Shown here piece after piece: positions 27,776-36,770 of a stretch of 39,384 bases of DNA (position 1 is the first letter of the stretch; each line of letters opens with the position of its first letter). The stretch covers positions 1-39,384 of the forward strand of contig JAZUIL010000233.1 of assembly GCA_045642245.1 (NCBI GenBank), given 5' to 3'. The notes under the pieces were generated by a model that worked only from the letters and a program-made list of their open reading frames with translations, did not search any database and was not told where the DNA came from. The position numbers and the translations under genes were made by a program. This DNA is from Bacteroidales bacterium. GTDB taxonomy: Bacteria > Bacteroidota > Bacteroidia > Bacteroidales > UBA3663.

Positions 27776-28698
27776 TGCTTGTATATTCGGGCCAACAGGC
27801 TTCCTTCATAAATAATCGGATAGGCGCGTATCGTAAACAACAAACCATCACAAGGCGCTGTGACATCACAAAGGACATCTCCAGTAAGCGGAGAAATGAT
27901 CTGTCCGATGCTTTGCCCCTCTTTCACTTGCACATCATTATGAATACCCGTAACAAAGATACCCGAAGTCGTAGCATTGACAAAAGCCACTGCATCAGCA
28001 CCCTGGCAGATTATACTCTCTTTTATTTTTGCCTGATCGGGAGCTTCTTTCCAGATACCCATGTGGTGCATCAGATTCTGAATGCCATCGACCAGATGCT
28101 GGCACATCGGACGATTGATACGACCACCCACACCCATTTCTGCCACAAGACATGGTGTGCCAGTGCTATTTAACGAATGTGCAAGTGTAGACTCAAGAAC
28201 CGTAGCCGCCTGATGAATCCAGATGAAATCAATACCCATCAGCTTGGCCGATGGAACCAGCTTTTCTGCAGTCATCTCAGAAATTCGCACCTGAGGAATC
28301 TCGCGCAAGAAGATGTTTGAAGCATGAATGTCGATGACCATGTCTGCACCTGAAAGGTCTGTATAAATGTCATGTGCCACCTTCTCCACCATCGAACCGC
28401 GTGGATTCCCCGGAAAGATTCTGTTCATATCAAGGTCAAATGCAGGAACTCCTCGCTGCATAGAATCAATACCTAATGGGTTGAGTGCCGGATAAATATC
28501 TACCGTACCTGTCAGCTTGTGCAAATTCTCACGAACCATTTTGGCGATGAGGAAACAGACATACTGACCTTCCAACTCATCACCATGGGTGCCGGTGACG
28601 ATGCAGATACGAGGTCCATGTCCGTGTGTAAGATGATTCTTGACGATGCGGAATTCCTCATCGACAGGCATCTCAAAGGATGTAACATTCTGAATCAT
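27685..28698 (-). CDS. M14/succinylglutamate desuccinylase-aspartoacylase family Zn peptidase
   Basis: GTHGDE, DMNRIFPG, IDIHAS and VAEMG all present; last ~30 aa are encoded by the REP doublet. Confidence 0.88.
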   Translation of the reverse strand: MIQNVTSFEMPVDEEFRIVKNHLTHGHGPRICIVTGTHGDELEGQYVCFLIAKMVRENLHKLTGTVDIYPALNPLGIDSMQRGVPAFDLDMNRIFPGNPRGSMVEKVAHDIYTDLSGADMVIDIHASNIFLREIPQVRISEMTAEKLVPSAKLMGIDFIWIHQAATVLESTLAHSLNSTGTPCLVAEMGVGGRINRPMCQHLVDGIQNLMHHMGIWKEAPDQAKIKESIICQGADAVAFVNATTSGIFVTGIHNDVQVKEGQSIGQIISPLTGDVLCDVTAPCDGLLFTIRAYPIIYEGSLLARIYKQTLPQPAAPPLSPEQRGQKSTREGSDFLIS

Positions 28699-28743
28699 TG
28701 TTACTATGAAAAATGTTATTTGTTAATTGTTGATTATTGTCGT

Positions 28744-29511
28744 TTATTTCCAGAGCGAACAAGTCACCGTCTGCTGCTCATTGGTCCAAGAATAGAATCT
28801 TCCACGGTTGGTCGGACAGTCATCAGCATCTCTGCCATGAGCAATCTTTATATACCCCCATTCGGGCTCTGTATCGTGAGTTGGATCAAACGGAAGCCAT
28901 ACATTGCCGTTTGAAACCTCTACCCAGGCATGTGTCTGACCTTCGCCAGCAATAAATCCGTTGGCATAACGTGCATGAATACCTAAACTGCGACAGAAGG
29001 CGATCATCACATGTGCATAATCCTGACAGACGCCACGAGGATCTGCAAAGACTTCCTGTGCCGTTGTCGTCGTAGTGGTATGACAAGGTGTATAAATGAT
29101 ATTATTATGCACCAGATGCATTAGACACCGTGCCACTTCAAAAGGATTACTGAGACCTTGTGTCTTATTCTGTGCTACACGACGCATCTTATCATTCCAT
29201 TCTGTCAGACGTGTGGCTGAGAGATAATACGGAGCAGGTAATCCATGAATAGCATAGGGTTGCCGCTGCAGGATACGACCTTCAGACACGACCTTAAAAT
29301 AATCGTGTGGAGTGTCGAACGAACCCCATTGCACAGCATTACCCTGTCCATCATAGCTATGACAGAGCTGGCAAGGTGGAGAAACCTCCAGTCTTGCTTC
29401 CTCTGTCCGCTGGAATTCATTGTTGCACGGAATGGCACGCAACTTAAAGAAATGCCATACTACGGCTGGCGAGAACGTCGATTCTGTAATATATCTGTAT
29501 CTATAGATCAC
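28744..29511 (-). CDS. Bacterial transglutaminase-like protein (N-terminal Bact_transglu domain plus core)
   Basis: Triad GVCQDYAH / THAWVE / FDPT; KIAHGRD; GTG start. Confidence 0.92.
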   Translation of the reverse strand: MIYRYRYITESTFSPAVVWHFFKLRAIPCNNEFQRTEEARLEVSPPCQLCHSYDGQGNAVQWGSFDTPHDYFKVVSEGRILQRQPYAIHGLPAPYYLSATRLTEWNDKMRRVAQNKTQGLSNPFEVARCLMHLVHNNIIYTPCHTTTTTTAQEVFADPRGVCQDYAHVMIAFCRSLGIHARYANGFIAGEGQTHAWVEVSNGNVWLPFDPTHDTEPEWGYIKIAHGRDADDCPTNRGRFYSWTNEQQTVTCSLWK

Positions 29512-29520
29512 GGGGGAAAA

Positions 29521-30219
29521 TCAAATAAGCACCAGGCCATTCAGATAATTGAGCATCTTGCTTTTATACTCCGGATCGTATTTCTCATACGCGTCCTTGT
29601 CAACTACCATTGCTCGTAATTTGGCGATCATCACTTTATCTACAAGAGTCGGATCGTCGGCTATGAATTTCTCAAGTACACCCATGGCCTCTTCGATGCG
29701 ATAATGATGATAATCAAAACGGATGTTCATATCGAGATGCTCTATGAGCTTACCCAACATCAGGAAGGTACGGGCCTGACCATAGACACGCTCCTGAATC
29801 GAACCCCAGAATGACAACAAAGCATCCGTAATAGGCTGCAGATTGGTAATATTCGTGTCTTTCTGAATGGACTTGACGCGAATCAGGTCACGACATATTT
29901 CAATATAGGAGAATGACTCTGTCTTAATCTCTGTACGAAGTACGATGGCATTGTCCATCATAAATTCGATGATAGAACGAAGCGACGTCACGGTCTCTGG
30001 ATTATAGAGCTGATCCATAATCTGGTAAGAGGTGTCGAGCGAACCATCAGTATAGACATCGAGCTTCTTCAGGAAATCACTATAAATAGGTGTTTCGCCT
30101 ACGGGCACATCCAGTACTTCATCATAGGCTTTACGCATCAGATGCAGAAAGAGATAGCCGCGCTCGGCATATCGTCCCAACCAGAACAGGCGGTTGGCAG
30201 TGTTGGCAGATAAAATCAT
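29521..30219 (-). CDS. Alpha-E domain protein
   Basis: ANRLFWLGRYAER signature; helical; between the CP-ATP-grasp and transglutaminase genes. Confidence 0.9.
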   Translation of the reverse strand: MILSANTANRLFWLGRYAERGYLFLHLMRKAYDEVLDVPVGETPIYSDFLKKLDVYTDGSLDTSYQIMDQLYNPETVTSLRSIIEFMMDNAIVLRTEIKTESFSYIEICRDLIRVKSIQKDTNITNLQPITDALLSFWGSIQERVYGQARTFLMLGKLIEHLDMNIRFDYHHYRIEEAMGVLEKFIADDPTLVDKVMIAKLRAMVVDKDAYEKYDPEYKSKMLNYLNGLVLI

Positions 30220-30307
30220 ATAAAAAGGGGAGTAAAATGTACTCTATTCCGCGGAGAGGTGCGGTTTATTGTTAATTATATATGTAATAATCTCTATTTT
30301 TTACTAA

Positions 30308-31624
30308 TCACTCCATCACCCAAGTATCCTTAAATCCTCCACCTTGTGAAGAATTGACCACAAAGGAATTTGGATTACGTGAGAAACGGGTAAGACCAGA
30401 TTTCCAGACCTTAGTCTCTTTGCCTGTGATTACAAAGGCGCGAAGGTCGCACTTACGAGGAGATGGTTTTCCTGTCTCATCGATGATATCAAGGTCAATG
30501 AAATCTACGACTTCCTGTGCAATCCAGCGTCGTGGATCCTGGATGATCAGCTGCTTTACTTCCTCCAGTCGCTCCGGAGTCATATCACGACCAAACATCA
30601 CACCATAACCACCAGCTTCGGCCACGTCTTTGATGACGAGTTTTGACACATTATTAATAATATAGTCAAAATCCTCCTTGAAGAATGGCAGATAGGTTGG
30701 AGCATTCTGCAGGATAGGCTCTTCGTTGAGATAGTATTTCACCATCTTTGGTACGAAATAATAAATACCTTTATCGTCGGCAACACCATTACCCAAAGCG
30801 TTGATTACTCCTACGTTGCCAGCGCGATAAGCCTCCATCAGGTTTGGTACACCCAGTAAAGAAGTTGGTTCGAAGGCCAGCGGATCAAGATATTCATCGC
30901 TTACACGACGATAGATAGCACCTACACGTTCCTTCTGCTTATAAAGTCCTACATAATAGACAATGCCATTCTCTACTACCATATCGCCAGGGAAAGCCAA
31001 GGTGGCGCCTGTCTGTTCGGCTAGATAAGAATGTTCGAAGAAAGCTGAATTATAACGACCCGGAGTCAAGATGACGTTTATGCCACGGCCATCGTTGATA
31101 TAATCCATCATCTCACGGAGCATCTCGCCGTAATTACGATTGTCTGCCACCAGATTGTCTCGGAAAGTCTGAGGTGCAGCCTTACGGGTCACCTTTCGTG
31201 CAATCATCGGATAACTTGCGCCTGACGGGATACGCAAGTTGTCTTCCAGAATCAGCCAGCGGCCATCCTTGGCCTGCACAAGGTCGATACCTGAAATATG
31301 AGAATAGACATTGTGTGTAGGTGTGATTCCCTCACATTCTGGCATATAGCCTTTACTCTCATACGTAAATTCCTTAGGTACGACACCATCTGCCACAATC
31401 TTCTTCTCATGGTAAATGTCGTATAAAAACATATTCAATGCCTTTACTCGCTGTATCAATCCGCGCTCAAGCATCTCCCACTCTTCTGCAGGAATCTGAC
31501 GAGGAATGGCGTCAAAAGGAAATAACTGCTCATTGAATACACCATTCTTATATACGCCGAATCGTACACCATATCGCTCCATCCAACGGTTAACGGAATC
31601 ACGACTTTTCAAAAGTTCTTCCAT
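30308..31624 (-). CDS. Circularly permuted type 2 ATP-grasp ligase
   Basis: FPFDAIPR, GLIQRVKALNMFLYDIY, LEDNLRIPSGASY, NSAFFEH, GNGVADDK, GGYG, DLRAF, VVNSSQGGGFKDTWV. Confidence 0.94.
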   Translation of the reverse strand: MEELLKSRDSVNRWMERYGVRFGVYKNGVFNEQLFPFDAIPRQIPAEEWEMLERGLIQRVKALNMFLYDIYHEKKIVADGVVPKEFTYESKGYMPECEGITPTHNVYSHISGIDLVQAKDGRWLILEDNLRIPSGASYPMIARKVTRKAAPQTFRDNLVADNRNYGEMLREMMDYINDGRGINVILTPGRYNSAFFEHSYLAEQTGATLAFPGDMVVENGIVYYVGLYKQKERVGAIYRRVSDEYLDPLAFEPTSLLGVPNLMEAYRAGNVGVINALGNGVADDKGIYYFVPKMVKYYLNEEPILQNAPTYLPFFKEDFDYIINNVSKLVIKDVAEAGGYGVMFGRDMTPERLEEVKQLIIQDPRRWIAQEVVDFIDLDIIDETGKPSPRKCDLRAFVITGKETKVWKSGLTRFSRNPNSFVVNSSQGGGFKDTWVME

Positions 31625-31677
31625 AATAAGGATACCTTTATTTAATATAACTATATCTTTTTGTTGTTTTTCTGTTG

Positions 31678-31881
31678 CAAAGATAAATATTTTCTAGCGG
31701 AATGCAAATTTTTCAATCATTTTTCTATTACAATTTATAGTTTTAAAGTATTTTGAAAGCAAAATTGCCGATTTTTGTAATATAATGATTGCAAAAACAC
31801 ATGGTTTAGAGAAAAAAGAAAGCGTTTCGCTGTATTTTATAGCAATTCTCTTGCTTCATTTAGACGTTTGCTCTATCTTTG
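31678..31881. promoter_or_regulatory. Divergent sigma-A promoters for the ATP-grasp operon and the peptide-amtB unit
   Basis: Minus: TTTG (31705-31708)-19 nt-TATCTTTG (31678-31685). Plus: CTTG (31850-31853)-20 nt-TATCTTTG (31874-31881). Confidence 0.75.
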
Positions 31882-31955
31882 CACCAGAAAACAAACAATT
31901 ATTATCATTTTTCTATTCAAAACATAGAAAATAAAACAAAAAGAAAGGTATTGGT

Positions 31956-32033
31956 ATGGAAACTTTAGTAGTTAAAGAGCTTGCAGCTGGCGAAGAAATC
32001 TCTTTGCTTTACAACATCTGCATTATTTGGTAA
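31956..32033 (+). CDS. Small peptide, 25 aa (METLVVKELAAGEEISLLYNICIIW)
   Basis: Read manually; first ATG after the plus-strand promoter, A-rich leader with AAAGGTA, more GC-rich than its flanks, followed by a hairpin. Confidence 0.6.
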   Translation: METLVVKELAAGEEISLLYNICIIW

Positions 32034-32138
32034 TTTTTCGCATGAAGTCATTCTAAGCGGAGTGAAGAAAATCGCCCACTCTCGTTTAGGATGACATTAC
32101 AGACAAATAGACAACATATTAATTTAAAAAGAATCATT

Positions 32139-33533
32139 ATGAAAGAGAAAAGATGGGTGGTAATGTCCGCCATTTTAGTAATATTTGCCATTCTTGGCTG
32201 TACACATGTCTATTCTGATGGACTTTGGGAACTGGCTCCAGGTGAGGAACTTCAATGGGCCAACGTAGCATGGATGATCACCGCTACGATCTTCGTCCTG
32301 ATGATGACTCCTGGTCTTTCATTCTTCTACGGAGGTATGGTTGGCCACAAAAACGTTATTTCTACCATTCTCCAGTCGTTCATCGCCATGGGTCTGGTTT
32401 CTATTCTTTGGGTGACTGTAGGTTTTTCGTTCAGCTTTGGTGAAGATCTCTGGGGACTTCACATTCTGGGCGACCCTCGCACCTTCTTCATGTTCGAAAA
32501 TGTTGGTGCGCATGAGGCTTCGATGAGCTCATCTGTAGAGGGTATCCGTCAGCTGGCTGCTGGTGGCGTGGCAACGACCATCCCTATTGCATTGTTTGCT
32601 CTTTTCCAGATGAAGTTTGCCATCATCACACCTTCATTGATCACTGGTTCTTTTGCCGAACGTGTACGTTTCTCCGGCTACCTGGTCTTCATGACCTTGT
32701 TCTGCTTCTTTGTCTATTTCCCATTGGCTCACTGGACCTGGCATCCTTCAGGCTTCCTCAACCTCTGGGGCGTACATGACTTTGCAGGTGGTATCGTAGT
32801 TCACGCTTCTTCAGGTGTTGCTGCGCTGGCTGGTGCTTTGTTCTTAGGTAAGCGCAAAGGTGCTTCGCACGAAGATCCTGCCAATATTCCTTTCGTCATC
32901 CTCGGTGCCGCTTTGCTTTGGTTAGGATGGTTCGGCTTCAACGGCGGTTCTTCTCTGGCTGCTGATCACATTGCCGTACTTGCTTTCCTTAACACCAATA
33001 CATCTGCTGCTACAGCCATGTTGGCTTGGATCTTCATGGACTGTCTGCGTGGCCGCAAACCTTCAGCCATGGGTGCTGCAGTAGGTTCGGTAGTCGGCTT
33101 GGTAGCCATCACTCCTATGGCCGATCAGGTTACTCCTGGTGAAGCCATCATGATCGGTCTCGTCACTACGATGGTCTGCAACACAGCATGTTACTGGAAG
33201 AATCGCACAGGACGTTTTGACGATGCACTCGACGTCTTCCCTACCCACGGCATGGGTGGTATCTTCGCTACCTTGCTCACCGGTTTCTTTATGTGTATCC
33301 TTCACGAGGATAATCCTGACTGGGCAGGAATGGGTCTCCACATCCTCGGTCTTGCCATCGTCTGCATCTATACTTTTGTTGTCAGCTTAGGCCTTTACTG
33401 GTTGACCAACAAGATGATCCCTATGCGTGTTTCTGCTAAGTCTGAGGCTTTGGGTCTCGACCTTTCACAGCACGACGAACATTACGGCTTCGCTGATCAT
33501 GCTGAGGCAGAATTGGAAGAAGCTTCAAAATAA
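32139..33533 (+). CDS. amtB: Ammonium transporter
   Basis: MTPGLSFFYGG, FQMKFAIIT, DFAGGIVVH, LWLGWFGFNGGS, GLVAITP, DDALDVFPTHG, GLDLSQH. Confidence 0.96.
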   Translation: MKEKRWVVMSAILVIFAILGCTHVYSDGLWELAPGEELQWANVAWMITATIFVLMMTPGLSFFYGGMVGHKNVISTILQSFIAMGLVSILWVTVGFSFSFGEDLWGLHILGDPRTFFMFENVGAHEASMSSSVEGIRQLAAGGVATTIPIALFALFQMKFAIITPSLITGSFAERVRFSGYLVFMTLFCFFVYFPLAHWTWHPSGFLNLWGVHDFAGGIVVHASSGVAALAGALFLGKRKGASHEDPANIPFVILGAALLWLGWFGFNGGSSLAADHIAVLAFLNTNTSAATAMLAWIFMDCLRGRKPSAMGAAVGSVVGLVAITPMADQVTPGEAIMIGLVTTMVCNTACYWKNRTGRFDDALDVFPTHGMGGIFATLLTGFFMCILHEDNPDWAGMGLHILGLAIVCIYTFVVSLGLYWLTNKMIPMRVSAKSEALGLDLSQHDEHYGFADHAEAELEEASK

Positions 33534-33543
33534 AAATAACGAT

Positions 33544-33572
33544 TAGGATGAGGTTGAAATAGCCTCATCCTA
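33544..33572 (+). terminator. Hairpin after amtB
   Basis: TAGGATGAGGTT-GAAAT-AGCCTCATCCTA; no strong U-tract on the plus strand. Confidence 0.6.
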
Positions 33573-33662
33573 CAAAATAAGAATTTGCGTCTATTTGTTA
33601 ATTGTATAATGCCGGTTTGTCCGGCTCAATGATTCTTTTCTTGTGTTTTTTAAGGTATGTGT

Positions 33663-33701
33663 AAGTTTGAGACCGTCGTGAGACTGGTCTCAAATTTCTT
33701 T
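33663..33701 (+). terminator. GTGA-loop intrinsic terminator
   Basis: TTTGAGACC-GTC-GTGA-GAC-T-GGTCTCAAA followed by TTTCTTT. Confidence 0.7.
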
Positions 33702-33800
33702 ATATATTCATTGGTTCAAATAAATCGCGAAAATAGATTGTAGTTTTATTGGTTATATCAAAATATTAGAGTACATTTGCAGCCAAATAATAGAATAATA

Positions 33801-34712
33801 ATGAAACTTAAAGGATATATTTTTGCTGCATTGGCAGCTGCAGCATATGGCACAAACCCGATTTTTGCTAAGCCATTGTATGCAGATGGAATGAATCCCG
33901 ATTCGGTTTTGCTATTCCGCTATCTTTTAGCATTGATCCTGATGGGAATAATGATGTTATGGAATGTCCTGAAAAAGCAAAAAGAAGGAAAGACAATCTC
34001 CGAGATGTTTCATGTCGGAAGACATTCTTTACCACAGCTGATTATTATGGGACTTCTGATGTCTGCCTCTTCGATTCTGCTTTTCATGAGCTATAATTAT
34101 ATGCCTGTAGGAATCGCCTCTACCCTTTTATTTGTCTATCCGATCATGGTCGCAGTCATTATGACGCTCTGTTTCCATGAAAAGATGTCATGGTTAGTGG
34201 TAGTTTGTTTGGCTTTAGCCTCTGTCGGAGTAGCACTATTATGTAAAACCAATGGCGAGACAGAAACTCTATACAATACAGATTCATTCATGATCGGTTT
34301 TGCATTGGTTATGGCTTCTTCATTGTCTTATGCCATCTATTTAGTAGGCCTCAACAAGACACGAATCCGTACCATCGCCTCTATGCCTGTCACATTCTAT
34401 GTCCTGCTTTTTGGCCTCTCAATCTATCTTTTTCGTATTGCTTTCGGCGTCCCTCTGGTTTTACCTCACTCCTGGTCAATGTGGCTTAACTGTATGGCTT
34501 TAGGTATTTTCCCAACAGTCATCTCGCTGGTATTTACCTCTAAAGCCATTCAATGCATCGGAAGTACCCAAACGGCTCTATTCGGAGCTTTCGAACCTGT
34601 AACAGCTGTCGCACTTGGAGTCATTATCCTTGGCGAGAAGATTTCTTTCCAAGAAGCCATAGGCATGATCTTAATCTTCATTGCTGTCTCAATGGTCGTT
34701 AAGAGACGATAG
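33801..34712 (+). CDS. EamA/DMT family transporter
   Basis: About 10 TM segments; YGTNPIF, LLFRY, GIASTLLFVYP, FEPVTA; -7 TACATTTG at 33772-33779. Confidence 0.9.
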   Translation: MKLKGYIFAALAAAAYGTNPIFAKPLYADGMNPDSVLLFRYLLALILMGIMMLWNVLKKQKEGKTISEMFHVGRHSLPQLIIMGLLMSASSILLFMSYNYMPVGIASTLLFVYPIMVAVIMTLCFHEKMSWLVVVCLALASVGVALLCKTNGETETLYNTDSFMIGFALVMASSLSYAIYLVGLNKTRIRTIASMPVTFYVLLFGLSIYLFRIAFGVPLVLPHSWSMWLNCMALGIFPTVISLVFTSKAIQCIGSTQTALFGAFEPVTAVALGVIILGEKISFQEAIGMILIFIAVSMVVKRR

Positions 34713-34772
34713 TAAATATACTCCTCAATAATCACTAAATATCAACAAATAAAATACAAAACAATAATCGCT

Positions 34773-36158
34773 ATGAAACAACGCTCTTTACTTTTATCCG
34801 CTCTTCTGGCCACCGGATTTGCTACCACCGTCGCACAGAATCCGTCTATTTCGGCCATGTACACTCCTGATCCTGCGCCTTATGTTCATGATGGCAAGGT
34901 CTATCTCTTCGTCGATCATGACGAGGATGACGCCGTATATTTCAAGATGAAGGATTGGGTGCTTTTCGGTACCGAAGACATGGTCAACTGGACCTATCTC
35001 GGTGCGCAAGTCAACACAGCTACATTTGAATGGGCTGCACAAGGTGACCGTGCATGGGCCGCTCAGGGTGTGGAGCGCAATGGAAAGTGGTACTGGTATG
35101 TCTGCTGTAACACCGCTGATGGCAAGGATGCTTTGGCCGTGGCTGTAGCCGACAAACCTACCGGACCTTGGAAGGATGCTATCGGTGGTCCATTGGCCGT
35201 CGGATTCGGATTCATCGACCCTACTGTTCTTATTGACAATGACGGCACTCCATACCTTTTCTGGGGAAACAAAGGCTTCTGGTATGGAAAGCTCAATGAC
35301 GATATGATCTCTTTTGCCAATGGTTATAAGGAAGTTCCGGGTTATACCGACCCTAAAGCTTTCGGTGACCTGCAGTCAAAGATGGATTGGAGCATCGGCA
35401 AGGAACGTATGATGACCCAGTATGAGGAAGGTCCTTGGGTAACACGCCGTGGTGACCTCTATTACGCCGTTTATCCAGCAGGCGGTGTGCCAGAATATAT
35501 GGCTTATTCTACGGCTCCTACGGTCGATGGTCCTTGGACATTCCGTGGCAGAATCATGGATGAGGCCGAGAATTCTTTCACCATCCATGGCGGAAACATC
35601 AACTACAAAGGCCACGATTATATGTTCTACCACAACGGCATTCTGCCAAATGGTGGCGGCTTCCGTCGTAGCACTGCCATTGAGGAGTTTACGTTCAATG
35701 CCGATGGTTCTATCCCATTTATACCTTTCACCAAAGAAGGTGTAAAGCCTGTCGGAACGATCAATCCTTACGTCCGCGTAGAGGGTGAAACCATGTCTCA
35801 GAGCTGGGGTGTGAAGCTCGATCGCCTTGCCGGAGAAGAACATTACGTCACTTCAATCCACAATGGCGACTGGGTAAAACTGCGTGAAGTAGATTTTGCA
35901 GAAGGCCTCAGCAAGACCACCATGACCGCCGGTTTCTGTAATATCAAGAATGAAGGCGTAGTAGATTTCTTCCTGGATCAACTGGATGGAAAACCTTTTG
36001 CTACGATCAGCGTAAACAAGACTTCTACAGAAAATCCTAATGCACCTCAATTCTCATCAGAGTTGAAAGCAGAGCCTCAAGGCAAGCATGATGTCTATAT
36101 TCTTTTCCGCGGTGGTGACGAAGAACTTTTCGACTTTGACTGGTGGATGATAAAATAA
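34773..36158 (+). CDS. GH43 glycoside hydrolase with C-terminal CBM6-like module (xylosidase/arabinofuranosidase-type)
   Basis: Signal peptide; TPDPAP, AWA, IDPTV, YEEGPW; C-terminal SIHNGDWV...VDF...HDVYILF...FDFDWW. Confidence 0.88.
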   Translation: MKQRSLLLSALLATGFATTVAQNPSISAMYTPDPAPYVHDGKVYLFVDHDEDDAVYFKMKDWVLFGTEDMVNWTYLGAQVNTATFEWAAQGDRAWAAQGVERNGKWYWYVCCNTADGKDALAVAVADKPTGPWKDAIGGPLAVGFGFIDPTVLIDNDGTPYLFWGNKGFWYGKLNDDMISFANGYKEVPGYTDPKAFGDLQSKMDWSIGKERMMTQYEEGPWVTRRGDLYYAVYPAGGVPEYMAYSTAPTVDGPWTFRGRIMDEAENSFTIHGGNINYKGHDYMFYHNGILPNGGGFRRSTAIEEFTFNADGSIPFIPFTKEGVKPVGTINPYVRVEGETMSQSWGVKLDRLAGEEHYVTSIHNGDWVKLREVDFAEGLSKTTMTAGFCNIKNEGVVDFFLDQLDGKPFATISVNKTSTENPNAPQFSSELKAEPQGKHDVYILFRGGDEELFDFDWWMIK

Positions 36159-36181
36159 ATTCACACCCCATATTTGTTTTG

Positions 36182-36246
36182 TCACAAATCACAAATCACA
36201 TTTTCAAAAATAGTGTACTCTATTTTTCTTTTTGTGATTTGTGATT
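36182..36246. repeat. Inverted heptamer repeats (TCACAAA)n/(TTTGTGA)n around a GTAC-centred palindrome
   Basis: TCACAAATCACAAATCACA ... AAAAATAGTGTACTCTATTTTT ... TTTGTGATTTGTGA. Confidence 0.7.
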
Positions 36247-36303
36247 CTGGTTAATTAAGTGCTTTCCAGACACTCAAAAATACCTAAATTGCCTTATTTT
36301 TTT

Positions 36304-36491
36304 AACATCGCGTCCACGTTGTTAAAAAAAACAAGTCCAAATACCAACATCGTGTACCTGTTGTTGAAATTCTATATTGATAATACCAACATCACGTACA
36401 CGATGTTGAAATCCAATACTATCAAAATAAACATCGCGTACGCAATGTTAACCTCAATTATTTGAGTTTTCAACACTGCGTACGCGATGTA
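36304..36491. repeat. Five 20-bp palindromes (consensus AACATCGCGTACGCGATGTT) at an exact 42-bp period
   Basis: Units start at 36304, 36346, 36388, 36430 and 36472, with 22-bp AT-rich variable spacers. Confidence 0.92.
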
Positions 36492-36770
36492 AGTATTTTT
36501 GTTTGATTACTTCTCCCTCATAAAGTTATACTTGTCACACATGTTCTTGGTTTCCATATGCATAATTCTAGTTCCTTAATATTGAACAACAAACTAACAA
36601 CAAACCTTAGGTAGTCATTAACCAACAATAAGTCGTAACTTGTCGCCAGATTAAAGTTTGGCAATCATTTTACGAGGATTCGATATGCCAAATATACATT
36701 AGTGCAACTAAAGTGTTTAGATGAAGTGACGATCTCTCTACATTACATACTCACATTAACAGTAATTCGT

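Noticed and set aside
33534-33800. glnK/PII gene next to amtB
   Set aside because: No ORF of suitable size or motif on either side of amtB.
36304-36491. CRISPR array
   Set aside because: Repeats are only 20 bp and mutually degenerate, spacers are 22 bp and partly similar to each other, and no cas gene is in the window.
36304-36491. parS sites
   Set aside because: Consensus does not match TGTTTCACGTGAAACA.
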